This document shows, piece after piece, positions 8,748 to 18,058 of a stretch of DNA of 51,875 nucleotides. The number at the start of each line of letters is the position of its first letter. The first letter of the stretch is position 1. Below the pieces are notes generated by a model, which worked only from the letters and a program-made list of their open reading frames with translations, had not been told where the DNA came from and did not search any database. This DNA comes from a virus, in IMG/VR virus record IMGVR_UViG_3300038420_000034; one strand, written 5' to 3'. The translations under genes were made by a program, and so were the position numbers.

Positions 8748-11700
8748 CTACGTCAAAAAGTCAACTGCGATCTCGACATAGTTGCTGCTGAGGTTCACAC
8801 CATTTGAGGCAAAGGCCCGCACCACAAACGCCCCCTGGTAACCAGTCGAGGCATAGGCGTCTTGGGCGGTAAAGGCTGCAACCAGGTCATCATTGCTAAG
8901 CAGGTAAGAGTTGACCCCAGGCCTGAGCGTCACGCTCAGCATGGTGGTCTGGCTTCCAAGGACATAGAACTTCAGGACGGTGCTGGTTGCCTGGTCGGCC
9001 TGCATCCAGGTGACCGGGATGCTGTCACCAGAACGATACGTCGGGAATGACGACCCCTTGACAAGCAGGTTCATCGGGGCCAGTGGGACGTTCCCGGCAG
9101 TCACGGTCACGTAGATCGTCCGGGTGTCGGTCTTGCCACCCGTGTCAGTTGCCGTGACCTGTATCTGGAACGTCCCGGCAACCGTGGGGACGCCGCTGAT
9201 GATGTTGCCAACCAACGTCATGCCTGGTGGCACCTGGAGCGCCGTAAATGCCACCGGTGCCGCGCCCATGGCCGTCAAGACGTATGTGAACTGGGCGCCG
9301 AGCACCGCGTTCACGGACAAGGGTGAGGAGATGATGACAGGTGGGATCGTCACGGTCGTTGAGGCCCCAAGGACATCGGTCACCACCACGCTTCCAGTGA
9401 TGATGGCCGAGGCAGGGCCAGGCGTGACGATCACTGGGTTGCCAACACGAGTCGTCGCAACTGGGTTTGTAAAGGTCCACGCATAGGCCATGGCCATCCC
9501 AGCAGGGCTCGTGACCGTCACGCTGATGATCGCTGGCTGCCCGGCGGTGACAGGGCCACTTCCCGACAGTGGCTCAACGTGGAAAAAGTCCACCACAGGG
9601 TCGGAGTCTTGCGCCACGATGATGTCAACAGACCCAGTGCCGGTCTTCCCAATGGTTGTCGTTACCACAACTACCGCCTTCAGCGTGCCAGGAGACTGGC
9701 CGGCCATGTCGACGACCAACACGTTCTGCGCCGCCCCTCCGTTGATCGCCTGGGTTGTGCCTGGCAGGTATTGGTCCGTGGCCCACCCGTTGACCTTCAA
9801 CAGCTGCCAGGAGAAGCTCTCGATGTCATAGCCATCAAGGTCCAACGCGACGGCCGTCAACGTCACCACCGTTGGGATGGTGATGGGAACTGGGGTGCCC
9901 ACCACGGTTGGTGGGATCGTGATGTCGGGTGGGATGGCCGTCACGGCCACCACGACAGGCTGGCTAGTCACCACCCTGAAGCTGACCAGCATTGACGCTG
10001 TGGCCCCATAGTTGTCAACCAATGTCAAGGTCAGGTCTGCAGTCTCGGTGATGGTCAGGTTGAAGGTCACCGTCCCCTGGACATGGCCACTGACAACCGA
10101 CGTGATGACCTGTGGCGTGGCAGACCCGATAGACACGGTGATGGAGCCACCGGGGCTGCTGTCTGGGTCCTTGGCCGTGACTGTCACCACCGTCGAATAG
10201 CCAGGGGCCATGTCATTGTTGCTAACACCCAACGAGAGAACCTGTGGGGCCTGGTTGACCGTCGTGACGACCGTCTGTGAAACTGACCGGCCAAGGTCAT
10301 CGACGGCTGTCACCGTGACCGAGAGTGAGCCACCTGTGTTAGCCACCTTGGCCTGCTGTGCCACCGACGCGTCAGTGACCACAACCGTGCCATCCCAAAA
10401 TGACCAAACTAAAGATGTGGCATTTGAAACTCCTGAGACCTGGTAGACGATCGTGCTCCCTTGGTTGGGCGTAGACCCACCAAATGGCGTAAACGACCCA
10501 CCGATGATCGTCCCAGCTGCCAGGCTAAAGCTGCCTGGCCCAAGTGGGCTCACGGTCAGCACACCACCCGCAAAAAATGACTGGACCGTGCCTGGAGGCA
10601 TGGTAGGAACTGCCACAGGCAGGATGTCCTCACGCCTCCTGACCGTCACGCCCGTCACCGACTCGCTCAAGACTGATGCTGGTGTCCTGATGGCCTGGGT
10701 GACGGCGCCCCATGGCGATGGCCCACTCAGGCCTCCATCTGGCAGTATCCGAGTAGCTGGGTCAGACTCGTGCACCCACTCACTGATTGACCCATCCCAG
10801 TTGACAATGCCAACCCACCCACCAGGGACAGAGTTGGGAAGTGAGTCACCCTCGGCGGTGTCCAGTGGCATCAGCGTGGTTGGTGAGTCAACCCGGTAGA
10901 GTGTCGGCAACACCCTCTCAACCACCACCCCATAGATGGCCAAGGCATAGGAGACATTTTGCTGTGTGGCGTTGAGCTTCCCACCCCACGAGATCTCAAG
11001 CAACCAGCCAGAGCCAACGGCCTCCGAAAGCTCAAAGTCATACGTCACCGTCCCCCTTGGGTTGACTAGCCCGGTCCCTGTGACCACCATTGGAAATGAC
11101 ATCACCTGGCCGATGGTGACCTCGACGTTGAGCCCAGCAAAGTCCTTGGGAACCTGCCCAACATTCCCAGCATCAAGCGTCAGCCTGTAAGGCCCAGCTG
11201 CCAATGCCGCTGGCATGTAAAATGTCAGGCTGCCACGCTGGTCAGTGGCCGGCGTGCTGATGCCAAGGCCAAAGCTATTCGAGTCAACCCAGCTGGAGAG
11301 AAGCGTGGTGCTTGTGGAGGCGCCCAGGTCCACGACGGTGGTTGACGATGTGTAGAGAAACAGGGTCGACCACGGCATGCCCGCACTGACCCCACGCGAG
11401 ATCGTGCCATCCAGGCCAACGGTCAAGAGATACCCGCCCCCATCGACGAGGTGCATTGTCCGGCCACCTGACGCCACCTGCGTGGCCACAAGCACGGCCG
11501 AGTTCGTCCCATCCGAGTTGAGCACGCTGACGGCCTTGATCTCCCACGCGATGGCCCTGTAGAGGATGCGCCAGGTTGAGGATGTCACAGAGCCAGCTAT
11601 GTCAACCACCTGAAATGACGTTGAGCTGACGATGGTAGCGTCAAAGAAGGCCCCGCCAGATGGTGACTCATTCGAAATAAACCTGACCCGATCTCCAACG

Positions 11701-13853
11701 ACCCAGCCTGTCGTGCCAGAGACTCCAGACAGTGAGAGGACCTGCCCAATGGTCAACGAAGACAGGGTGATCGTGTCCGTCGATGCCCCAGTATACTGCT
11801 CAGCCGTCCACACCCGGTGAAAGGCCACGTTGCGGTTGGGCTCCTGAGAGAGCACACCAGCCCACGTGCTGTTCGACCCAACGATCCCATTCTGAGTTGA
11901 GACCACAACCCGGCCATCAACCATCACCGGCCAGCCTTGGCAGCCCAACAGCCATGGGACGGTCGGAACAGACCCACTGTCAAGGCCGACGTCATCTATC
12001 CGTGGGTCACCGATGACGTCGACCTCGTTCATCAGCAGCCTGGTCGACTCACGCTCAAGGAGGTTCGATGCCAAGGCCAGGCCGCTGCCAAGAGAGACCC
12101 GGTCAAGGTAGACAAAGCTACTGTTGCGGTAGGCCTTCATGGCCCACGACACCCCGGCTGGGGTCAGCACCATCGACGGCCACCGGCCCTGTGGGACAGT
12201 CCTCTGAACAGGAGTCCGAAACTCAACCACCGACTTGACTGCCGTCCAGATCCTAAGGTCGCGGATGGTGAATGTCGTGGTGGTCTGCCCACCCACCACG
12301 ATGGTATCTGGGGCGCCCAGGGCAAAGCTGGTAGCGCAGGGACCGGCTGTCCATACTGGCGATGCATCTGGGTCAGTCGACCGCCACAGGCTGACCGAGG
12401 CGATGGTGGACCCATCATAGACAAGCCCAAGAAGGTAGTCGGTTGTCAGGGAGATCGTGGTGCTGGCCTGCACCACCCAAGGGGTCACATACAGCACACC
12501 AGCCGCGGAGAAAGACTGGACCGTGTCCGCCGCAGCTGGCCAGCTTGGGTTGGCTGCCACCGTCGACTCACCCGCCGCCACAGGCAAGACCCTGACCTCG
12601 AGCGTCATGACCCCCGTCCCAACTGCATAGTTGACAACCACCCAAAGTGGCCCAAGGCGAAGCAGGGTGGTCGTGCCATCGGAACCTGAGATGTTTAGCC
12701 GAGGCGAGAACCTAAACATCACCGTGGCCGGGCCATCTGGAAGCTCGTCGTGCATCTGCAGCGTGATGCTCTTCCCACGTGGCACGTAGAGGGCCCAGCC
12801 CCAATCCTTGATCAGCTGCCGGTCAGTGTTGAGAAACTGACTGAGGACACCCTGCCCACCCCACACGGCCTCGTTGACCACCATGGCCGACTCAGGGTGC
12901 TCGTTGAACGGCCACCACTCCCAGAGGTCGGCGTGAAAGTCGTCTGAGAAGAAGCCCTGCGGGTCAGCCACCAGCACGCCATAGACCAGCCCTACCTGGA
13001 CAAAGGTGTAGATGGTATAGCTTGAGTCAAGGTCTGGGGCCAGCCAGTTAGGGGCCACCGTAAACGTAGTCTTGCCCGCCGTAGTAGCTGTGTTGGCTAT
13101 GATCACCCTGACCTGGCCGGAGCCTAAGCCAGAGTTGAGCTTGACCAGCCAGCCAACGTAGGCATTGGCCACCACCCCAGTCAAGGTAGCATCACGAAAG
13201 GTTGACACCCCAGCCACCGTCGCCCCATCATAGACCAGGCTAGTCACGCCTGGCTTTAGGGCAAAGCAGCAGTCACCGAACTCATCAACCTGCCTGAGTG
13301 AAAGCTGGAGCGGCTCGATGCCGGCCTGAGAGCAGACGGCCGACACGAGCCATGGGGTATTGCCCTGGTCAAGGACAGTTGGCCGACGCACGATGACCTT
13401 GGCCTTGGCCAACCCGACAAGCCTGAAACTCTCGGCCAGCCTGGCATCACCAAGGCATGTCAGCGACCGGCTCCAGGGTGACTCGTCGATCAGGCTCCCA
13501 TCGACATACAGGCTGCTGTCGGCCCAGGTCTCACCATAGTAGTCCTGACTAGGTGACTCGATGATGGTCTCTTCAGGGAGGCCAAGGCTCTTTTGGTCCG
13601 ACGGGGCCAAGGTCCTAAGGAGGGCATCCTGGTTGGTCCGGATGACCTTCGTGGAGAGGTCTTGCCAGATGGCGATGATGTCAATCCACGCTGGGACCTC
13701 AGGCGGGACGTTTGCCACCCAGTTCCCCGTGTCCGTGTAGAGGTCGAGGGTGAGCGCGACAATCGAACCTCCTTCGGTGGGAATTTGGCCCGTATAGTGG
13801 ACCAAGTTGTGGTTGGTCGCGTCATACTCGCCCGTGAAGATGATCTCAGCCAT
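8748..13853 (-). CDS. giant virion structural protein (1701 aa), putative tail fibre/adhesin with Ig-like beta-repeat regions
   Basis: 5.1-kb uninterrupted ORF. Extremely T/V/S/G-rich C-terminal half, typical of Ig-like/beta-sandwich repeats. AGGAA SD before the start at 13853. Confidence 0.7.
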   Translation of the reverse strand: MAEIIFTGEYDATNHNLVHYTGQIPTEGGSIVALTLDLYTDTGNWVANVPPEVPAWIDIIAIWQDLSTKVIRTNQDALLRTLAPSDQKSLGLPEETIIESPSQDYYGETWADSSLYVDGSLIDESPWSRSLTCLGDARLAESFRLVGLAKAKVIVRRPTVLDQGNTPWLVSAVCSQAGIEPLQLSLRQVDEFGDCCFALKPGVTSLVYDGATVAGVSTFRDATLTGVVANAYVGWLVKLNSGLGSGQVRVIIANTATTAGKTTFTVAPNWLAPDLDSSYTIYTFVQVGLVYGVLVADPQGFFSDDFHADLWEWWPFNEHPESAMVVNEAVWGGQGVLSQFLNTDRQLIKDWGWALYVPRGKSITLQMHDELPDGPATVMFRFSPRLNISGSDGTTTLLRLGPLWVVVNYAVGTGVMTLEVRVLPVAAGESTVAANPSWPAAADTVQSFSAAGVLYVTPWVVQASTTISLTTDYLLGLVYDGSTIASVSLWRSTDPDASPVWTAGPCATSFALGAPDTIVVGGQTTTTFTIRDLRIWTAVKSVVEFRTPVQRTVPQGRWPSMVLTPAGVSWAMKAYRNSSFVYLDRVSLGSGLALASNLLERESTRLLMNEVDVIGDPRIDDVGLDSGSVPTVPWLLGCQGWPVMVDGRVVVSTQNGIVGSNSTWAGVLSQEPNRNVAFHRVWTAEQYTGASTDTITLSSLTIGQVLSLSGVSGTTGWVVGDRVRFISNESPSGGAFFDATIVSSTSFQVVDIAGSVTSSTWRILYRAIAWEIKAVSVLNSDGTNSAVLVATQVASGGRTMHLVDGGGYLLTVGLDGTISRGVSAGMPWSTLFLYTSSTTVVDLGASTSTTLLSSWVDSNSFGLGISTPATDQRGSLTFYMPAALAAGPYRLTLDAGNVGQVPKDFAGLNVEVTIGQVMSFPMVVTGTGLVNPRGTVTYDFELSEAVGSGWLLEISWGGKLNATQQNVSYALAIYGVVVERVLPTLYRVDSPTTLMPLDTAEGDSLPNSVPGGWVGIVNWDGSISEWVHESDPATRILPDGGLSGPSPWGAVTQAIRTPASVLSESVTGVTVRRREDILPVAVPTMPPGTVQSFFAGGVLTVSPLGPGSFSLAAGTIIGGSFTPFGGSTPNQGSTIVYQVSGVSNATSLVWSFWDGTVVVTDASVAQQAKVANTGGSLSVTVTAVDDLGRSVSQTVVTTVNQAPQVLSLGVSNNDMAPGYSTVVTVTAKDPDSSPGGSITVSIGSATPQVITSVVSGHVQGTVTFNLTITETADLTLTLVDNYGATASMLVSFRVVTSQPVVVAVTAIPPDITIPPTVVGTPVPITIPTVVTLTAVALDLDGYDIESFSWQLLKVNGWATDQYLPGTTQAINGGAAQNVLVVDMAGQSPGTLKAVVVVTTTIGKTGTGSVDIIVAQDSDPVVDFFHVEPLSGSGPVTAGQPAIISVTVTSPAGMAMAYAWTFTNPVATTRVGNPVIVTPGPASAIITGSVVVTDVLGASTTVTIPPVIISSPLSVNAVLGAQFTYVLTAMGAAPVAFTALQVPPGMTLVGNIISGVPTVAGTFQIQVTATDTGGKTDTRTIYVTVTAGNVPLAPMNLLVKGSSFPTYRSGDSIPVTWMQADQATSTVLKFYVLGSQTTMLSVTLRPGVNSYLLSNDDLVAAFTAQDAYASTGYQGAFVVRAFASNGVNLSSNYVEIAVDFLT

Positions 13854-13942
13854 TACGTTCCTAACAACATCCTCAGTTCTTCAAGAAAGAACAGGAGGGT
13901 GAACTTTGAATGGCTGAACTAGCCGATCAACACGGCCTGAAG

Positions 13943-15196
13943 TCATTCGGGAAGAGGATTTTCCTCACTCTCAGGGTCGATCATGACCGACGGCTTCTTC
14001 GGCTCCTTGGCTGGGGCCTTTCCAGACAGCTCTTGGATCTTCCGCCACTTCGATGGTGACAGCCTCTGATATGCGTCACCATGGGTCAGTTGAAACTTGA
14101 TCAGGTCAGGCCTGGCCGTGTAGAGGTCCATCAGGAGGTCATCATCCAGGTCGTTGATGCTGAAGTTGTTCCCCTCAAGGTAGCTGTGCTCACCTGTCAA
14201 GCCCTTGATTATCGGCTGCTTGAGCAGCTCCACGATGGCCGGGTGATACTCTTCATCTGGCTTTTTGTTAGCCTTGCCCTTCATCTCCCCAAGATGGCCT
14301 TGTGGAGTAATGATGAACGTCAGCTTCGGCTCAAACAGGCCGATGAACTTGGTCGATGGCGCACGGTAGGAGATGAGACGGTCCTCCGGCCTCGAAGACG
14401 CGCCACCCACGTTTCCGCAGTGACTCATCAACTTGCCCTCGTATGAGTCACCACCAGCGTCAAGGATAACCCACTTTGTGCCATCGGGGAACTGGACGAT
14501 GGGCTTGCCCTCAGGCAGCTTCTCGATGGCCTCGATGGCATCGCCGATGGAGTTCAGGTCACGGTAGACGTCGTCGGTCTTGCGGTCATTGCCTTGGGCA
14601 TCGACATACTTCATGTTCCTCAGCCCGGTGGCCACGGCGATGGCGCCTCGCATTGGCATGAGCTCCGCCACGCGCTGCTCAATCTCACGCCAGCCACAGT
14701 TGCAGTGGGCGTGGGGCGCGTTGGTCGAGGCAGGGCAGTCGGCACCGTGGCCATCGCCTGCCCCCTCACGGCCACGGAGCAAGACACGGAGGACCCGAGG
14801 GTTCAGCTTGGTGACATCCAGGTTGCCAAGCCTGGCCACCTTCTCGTTGAGGGTCTTGTAGACGGCCAAAAACTGGCCGGTGCCCTCACCTCCAGGGGCC
14901 CGTGGGTCAAAGAAGAAGATGGCCTCCTCAACCACCCGGTCCATGGTATAGCCACGGGCCTCAAGCTTCGCCTGGGCCCTCAGCCACTTTGGGTCTGGGT
15001 CACCCTCCTTGTCCATGCTCATCCAGATCCCAGTCCGCTGGATGATGCGGGCCACCCAGAAGCAACCGTCACTTGACTGGATGACCTCCCTTACCTTGGT
15101 GAACAGCTCCCTGACGAGGTTCTTCTCCTCCTCACATAGGTCGGCCCACCACTGGGAGGTCTCAACCAGCTGCAACATCTGTTGTTGCCTACCCAT
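13943..15196 (-). CDS. hypothetical protein (417 aa)
   Basis: AGGAGG SD 7 nt before ATG at 15196. No motif I can name. Confidence 0.6.
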   Translation of the reverse strand: MGRQQQMLQLVETSQWWADLCEEEKNLVRELFTKVREVIQSSDGCFWVARIIQRTGIWMSMDKEGDPDPKWLRAQAKLEARGYTMDRVVEEAIFFFDPRAPGGEGTGQFLAVYKTLNEKVARLGNLDVTKLNPRVLRVLLRGREGAGDGHGADCPASTNAPHAHCNCGWREIEQRVAELMPMRGAIAVATGLRNMKYVDAQGNDRKTDDVYRDLNSIGDAIEAIEKLPEGKPIVQFPDGTKWVILDAGGDSYEGKLMSHCGNVGGASSRPEDRLISYRAPSTKFIGLFEPKLTFIITPQGHLGEMKGKANKKPDEEYHPAIVELLKQPIIKGLTGEHSYLEGNNFSINDLDDDLLMDLYTARPDLIKFQLTHGDAYQRLSPSKWRKIQELSGKAPAKEPKKPSVMIDPESEENPLPE

Positions 15197-15812
15197 GGTG
15201 TAACCTCCTGGCGATCTTCATCTGGTGTCTCAGGACAAGCCTGGCACGCTGGGTTAGGGTCTCGCGGTTGATCGTCTGGCCCTCTGGCGATGGCGCGATC
15301 TGAGGCTCTTGGGCAACGTTGAAGTCGCCCGCCTCAAGCAAGATGTTGACAATGTCTACCGGGTCGTCCACGGCATCAAGAACCTGCCTGGCTGTAAAGG
15401 CCGAGTCGATGATGCCACGACTAGGCGGGCTTGGTGGATCTTCATCGGTCCACCGCATCAGCCCGAACTCGTCTTCGTGCGCCATGACATAACTAGTGGT
15501 GTCAAACTCAGCCCTGGCTGAGAACCGGGTGCCCTTTGGGACGTGGAGCGCTGAGAGGTAGGGCTCCTTGATGACCATGCCACCACTCGGCTCCATGGGG
15601 TCTTCACCCATGTAGTAGAGCTGGCCGTCCTTGAGCCCATAGAGGAAGTAGGTGAACATGTCACGCTCAATGCCGTCGACACGCAGGAAGTCCCACATCT
15701 CCGAGCGGTCTTTACCAATAATCACCATGCCGTCGCCATCGTCAACCACGGGTTCAGACCACTTTGCTCGGATAGACCACTCCCGACCGTCGATGTTTAC
15801 CTTAAGTGGCAT
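15189..15812 (-). CDS. modular-family protein (207 aa; SRGIIDSAF...ARQVLDAV unit)
   Basis: Contains the ...SRGIIDS...ARQVLD... and C-terminal ...QMKIARRL... elements shared with the 15.8-25.7 kb family. Confidence 0.55.
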   Translation of the reverse strand: MPLKVNIDGREWSIRAKWSEPVVDDGDGMVIIGKDRSEMWDFLRVDGIERDMFTYFLYGLKDGQLYYMGEDPMEPSGGMVIKEPYLSALHVPKGTRFSARAEFDTTSYVMAHEDEFGLMRWTDEDPPSPPSRGIIDSAFTARQVLDAVDDPVDIVNILLEAGDFNVAQEPQIAPSPEGQTINRETLTQRARLVLRHQMKIARRLHHG

Positions 15813-16464
15813 GACCGGCCCTCATAGCACTGGAGATCTTGCCACGATTAACCTTGATGATTCGACGCCTTAGCTCGGCATATTCCTCTGGGTCAGCAAG
15901 CACGTAATAGTCATGGCCTCCTCCCTCAACCTTCACGACCTTGTCACCCGGCTTGATATATGAAGAAAACGAGGCCAGTTGATCCGCCATTGAGCGGTAA
16001 ATCCTCTGAGACGTCGAATCGGATGAACTAACATACCGAAAATCATTGACAATGGGCAGAGCATCTTCGGTTTCCACGTTGAACGTCTCGACTCCAACCA
16101 TGCCAATGGGTGGGTTATCAACTGATTTTACCCAAGCCTTAGCCCGTGCTATGGCCTTCATCTTGACGGTTTCTAGCTCCTCGGCAAATTTTACCTTGAT
16201 CGCATCTGACAAGACCGGGTTACCCAATGAAGACATCCCACGATTTAGAGATGTGACAAAAGCAACCTGTTCACTGGACATCGGCATAGACGCCTCAAAA
16301 CTTCTTGACTCGCCTCCAGACAAAAATGCCGTCGTCGTGCACCTAAAAATCTTCTTTGAAAAATCCACCTCGGCATAGAAATCGACCTTGGGCTTTCCAG
16401 GATTTCCGACTATATATCGAGGCATTTCAAGCAGTAAAGAATCGATGATATTTCGTGACTTCAT
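15802..16464 (-). CDS. modular-family protein (220 aa)
   Basis: Starts MKSRNIIDSLLLEMPRYIVGNPGKP. Ends GDKVVKVEGGGHDYYVLADPEEYAELRRRI...SSAMRAG. Both match module ends found in the larger paralogs. Confidence 0.55.
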   Translation of the reverse strand: MKSRNIIDSLLLEMPRYIVGNPGKPKVDFYAEVDFSKKIFRCTTTAFLSGGESRSFEASMPMSSEQVAFVTSLNRGMSSLGNPVLSDAIKVKFAEELETVKMKAIARAKAWVKSVDNPPIGMVGVETFNVETEDALPIVNDFRYVSSSDSTSQRIYRSMADQLASFSSYIKPGDKVVKVEGGGHDYYVLADPEEYAELRRRIIKVNRGKISSAMRAGHAT

Positions 16465-16982
16465 GCAACTCTTTCGCCAACAGGGCCCCTGTGCGTGCGG
16501 CAGATGGATCTTGAGTATAAGCCCCTGTCTTTAGTGGTTGAATCGCAATTGATTATGCCAGAATCTCTAAAATCATGATGAATCGACACGCCATTGAGTC
16601 CAAGCGACTTTATCCTATGACAGTTTGGACACAAACACTGACGATTAGCAGCTGAATTACCACCGCCGTCAGCCACTGGAATAACGTGGTCAATGTCAAA
16701 AAACAATGGATCTTTACAAGATCGTTTACACCGAGCGCACCTCCAACCGACATTAAGAAGTGGAAGTCCACATATCTGGTTAAGCAACTCAATCCTAATT
16801 ACGGTCGAATATCGGATTGTTCGGCCAAGTTTTTTCTGAAAAACGATCCACTTAACCTTTTCCATCCTAACTCCAGAACCCGTATATTCTCTGACAAATT
16901 CTGGACCATAGATTTTCGAATACTTAGCCAACCTAAGCGCTGATTTACGCCTGAACTCGATAATATATTTTTGAGTCTTCAT
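16461..16982 (-). CDS. HNH endonuclease (free-standing homing-endonuclease-like)
   Basis: CARCKRSC...DIDHVIPVADGGGNSAANRQCLCPNCHRIK = HNH motif with the Zn-binding C pairs. ATGA-type 4-nt overlaps at both ends. Confidence 0.8.
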   Translation of the reverse strand: MKTQKYIIEFRRKSALRLAKYSKIYGPEFVREYTGSGVRMEKVKWIVFQKKLGRTIRYSTVIRIELLNQICGLPLLNVGWRCARCKRSCKDPLFFDIDHVIPVADGGGNSAANRQCLCPNCHRIKSLGLNGVSIHHDFRDSGIINCDSTTKDRGLYSRSICRTHRGPVGERVA

Positions 16983-18025
16983 CGAGTCAGAGAATCAATA
17001 ACGGCCCGGCTCTCAGGAAGCTGCTCGTCCTCACCACTGGTATCAAAATCCCACGGAAGTTCATGGACCTCATGCTCTCCTTCACCGGGTTGAAGATCGT
17101 GGTGAAGGTCCATCATCCACTTAATTGAATGACGTGGCCTTTCGATAGCATGTGAAGCACTACTGTGGTGCAACGCGGGTGTTGGCACCCCATGCTCAAA
17201 CACGTAAAGCCGTTCCTGGTTGAATTTCGTGATCTTGCACTCCGCGCTAGTGTAGCACTGCCTCACCTGTGATAGGTGAGAGCCCGCATCGAGACAGCTT
17301 CTGACAACCTTGGAAAAGCTGTTGTTGGAGGCGTCAACCTCCTCTTGCGTGGCCCTGATGCCAAACATGGCTGCCTCACCAACCTCACTGATGAACATGC
17401 CGCTGACCAACCCGGTCAGCTTGTGCCGCTTCGCATAGGCATCAGCATTGCACCAGATGAAGAGCCCCTCTTTCTGGCTAAGCGCTGGGCCGAACTTATC
17501 GCCGATCAAAAAACCGGCCCCGAACAGGCCCGTTGGGCAACCGTGGCCAAGCATGTAGACCCGTGGAAATTGCTTGATGGTGGCCAACAGCTCATCCTCA
17601 CCAATGCGGCCGGAGATGACAGGATAACCGTGGCCTTCGTAGATTGGCCTTAGAAAGTCAGTCGAGCGGTCGTCAAGGTGGATGACCAGAGTGTCAGGCT
17701 GTCGCAAAAACTTGCGGCGACTTGCCTCATCGACAACGACTCTGGCCTTTGAAGCTTGACGCATGACTGAATACGTATGAGCCCGCATCGATGCTTGGAC
17801 CTCAGCAGTCTTGGGATAGTAGGCGTGGGCGTATCCTTTCTGAGAGAAGTTGGAGTGCTTTACTGAAGATGGCCCTTTATACACCTGACCGTGTTCGTGC
17901 ATGGCCTTCAAGGCCTCTTCCATGCCATTGACATACGGCCTGAAATTGATCGATGACAGACCATGGCCACAACCAAGTTTTCCATTGGCCTCAAGATATG
18001 TGGCTATTGCCCGGTCGAGTGTCAT
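16979..18025 (-). CDS. hypothetical protein (348 aa) ending in the family motif ...ESRAVIDSLTR
   Basis: Long clean ORF. C-terminus carries the xSRxVIDSL element that begins the gene immediately downstream of the HNH insertion. Confidence 0.6.
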   Translation of the reverse strand: MTLDRAIATYLEANGKLGCGHGLSSINFRPYVNGMEEALKAMHEHGQVYKGPSSVKHSNFSQKGYAHAYYPKTAEVQASMRAHTYSVMRQASKARVVVDEASRRKFLRQPDTLVIHLDDRSTDFLRPIYEGHGYPVISGRIGEDELLATIKQFPRVYMLGHGCPTGLFGAGFLIGDKFGPALSQKEGLFIWCNADAYAKRHKLTGLVSGMFISEVGEAAMFGIRATQEEVDASNNSFSKVVRSCLDAGSHLSQVRQCYTSAECKITKFNQERLYVFEHGVPTPALHHSSASHAIERPRHSIKWMMDLHHDLQPGEGEHEVHELPWDFDTSGEDEQLPESRAVIDSLTR

Positions 18026-18058
18026 AACACAGAGTCAATGACAGTCTTCACTCTCGGT

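Noticed and set aside
11937-12689. 250-aa plus-strand ORF and numerous 60-150-aa plus-strand ORFs inside 8748..13853
   Set aside because: These are antisense shadows within the 1701-aa gene. They are Arg/Pro/His-rich nonsense translations and lack start context.
13876-13892. Hairpin GTTCTT-caaga-AAGAAC as a terminator
   Set aside because: Only a 6-bp AT-rich stem without a U-tract on the transcribed strand. It is noted as a possible RNA element but too weak to call.
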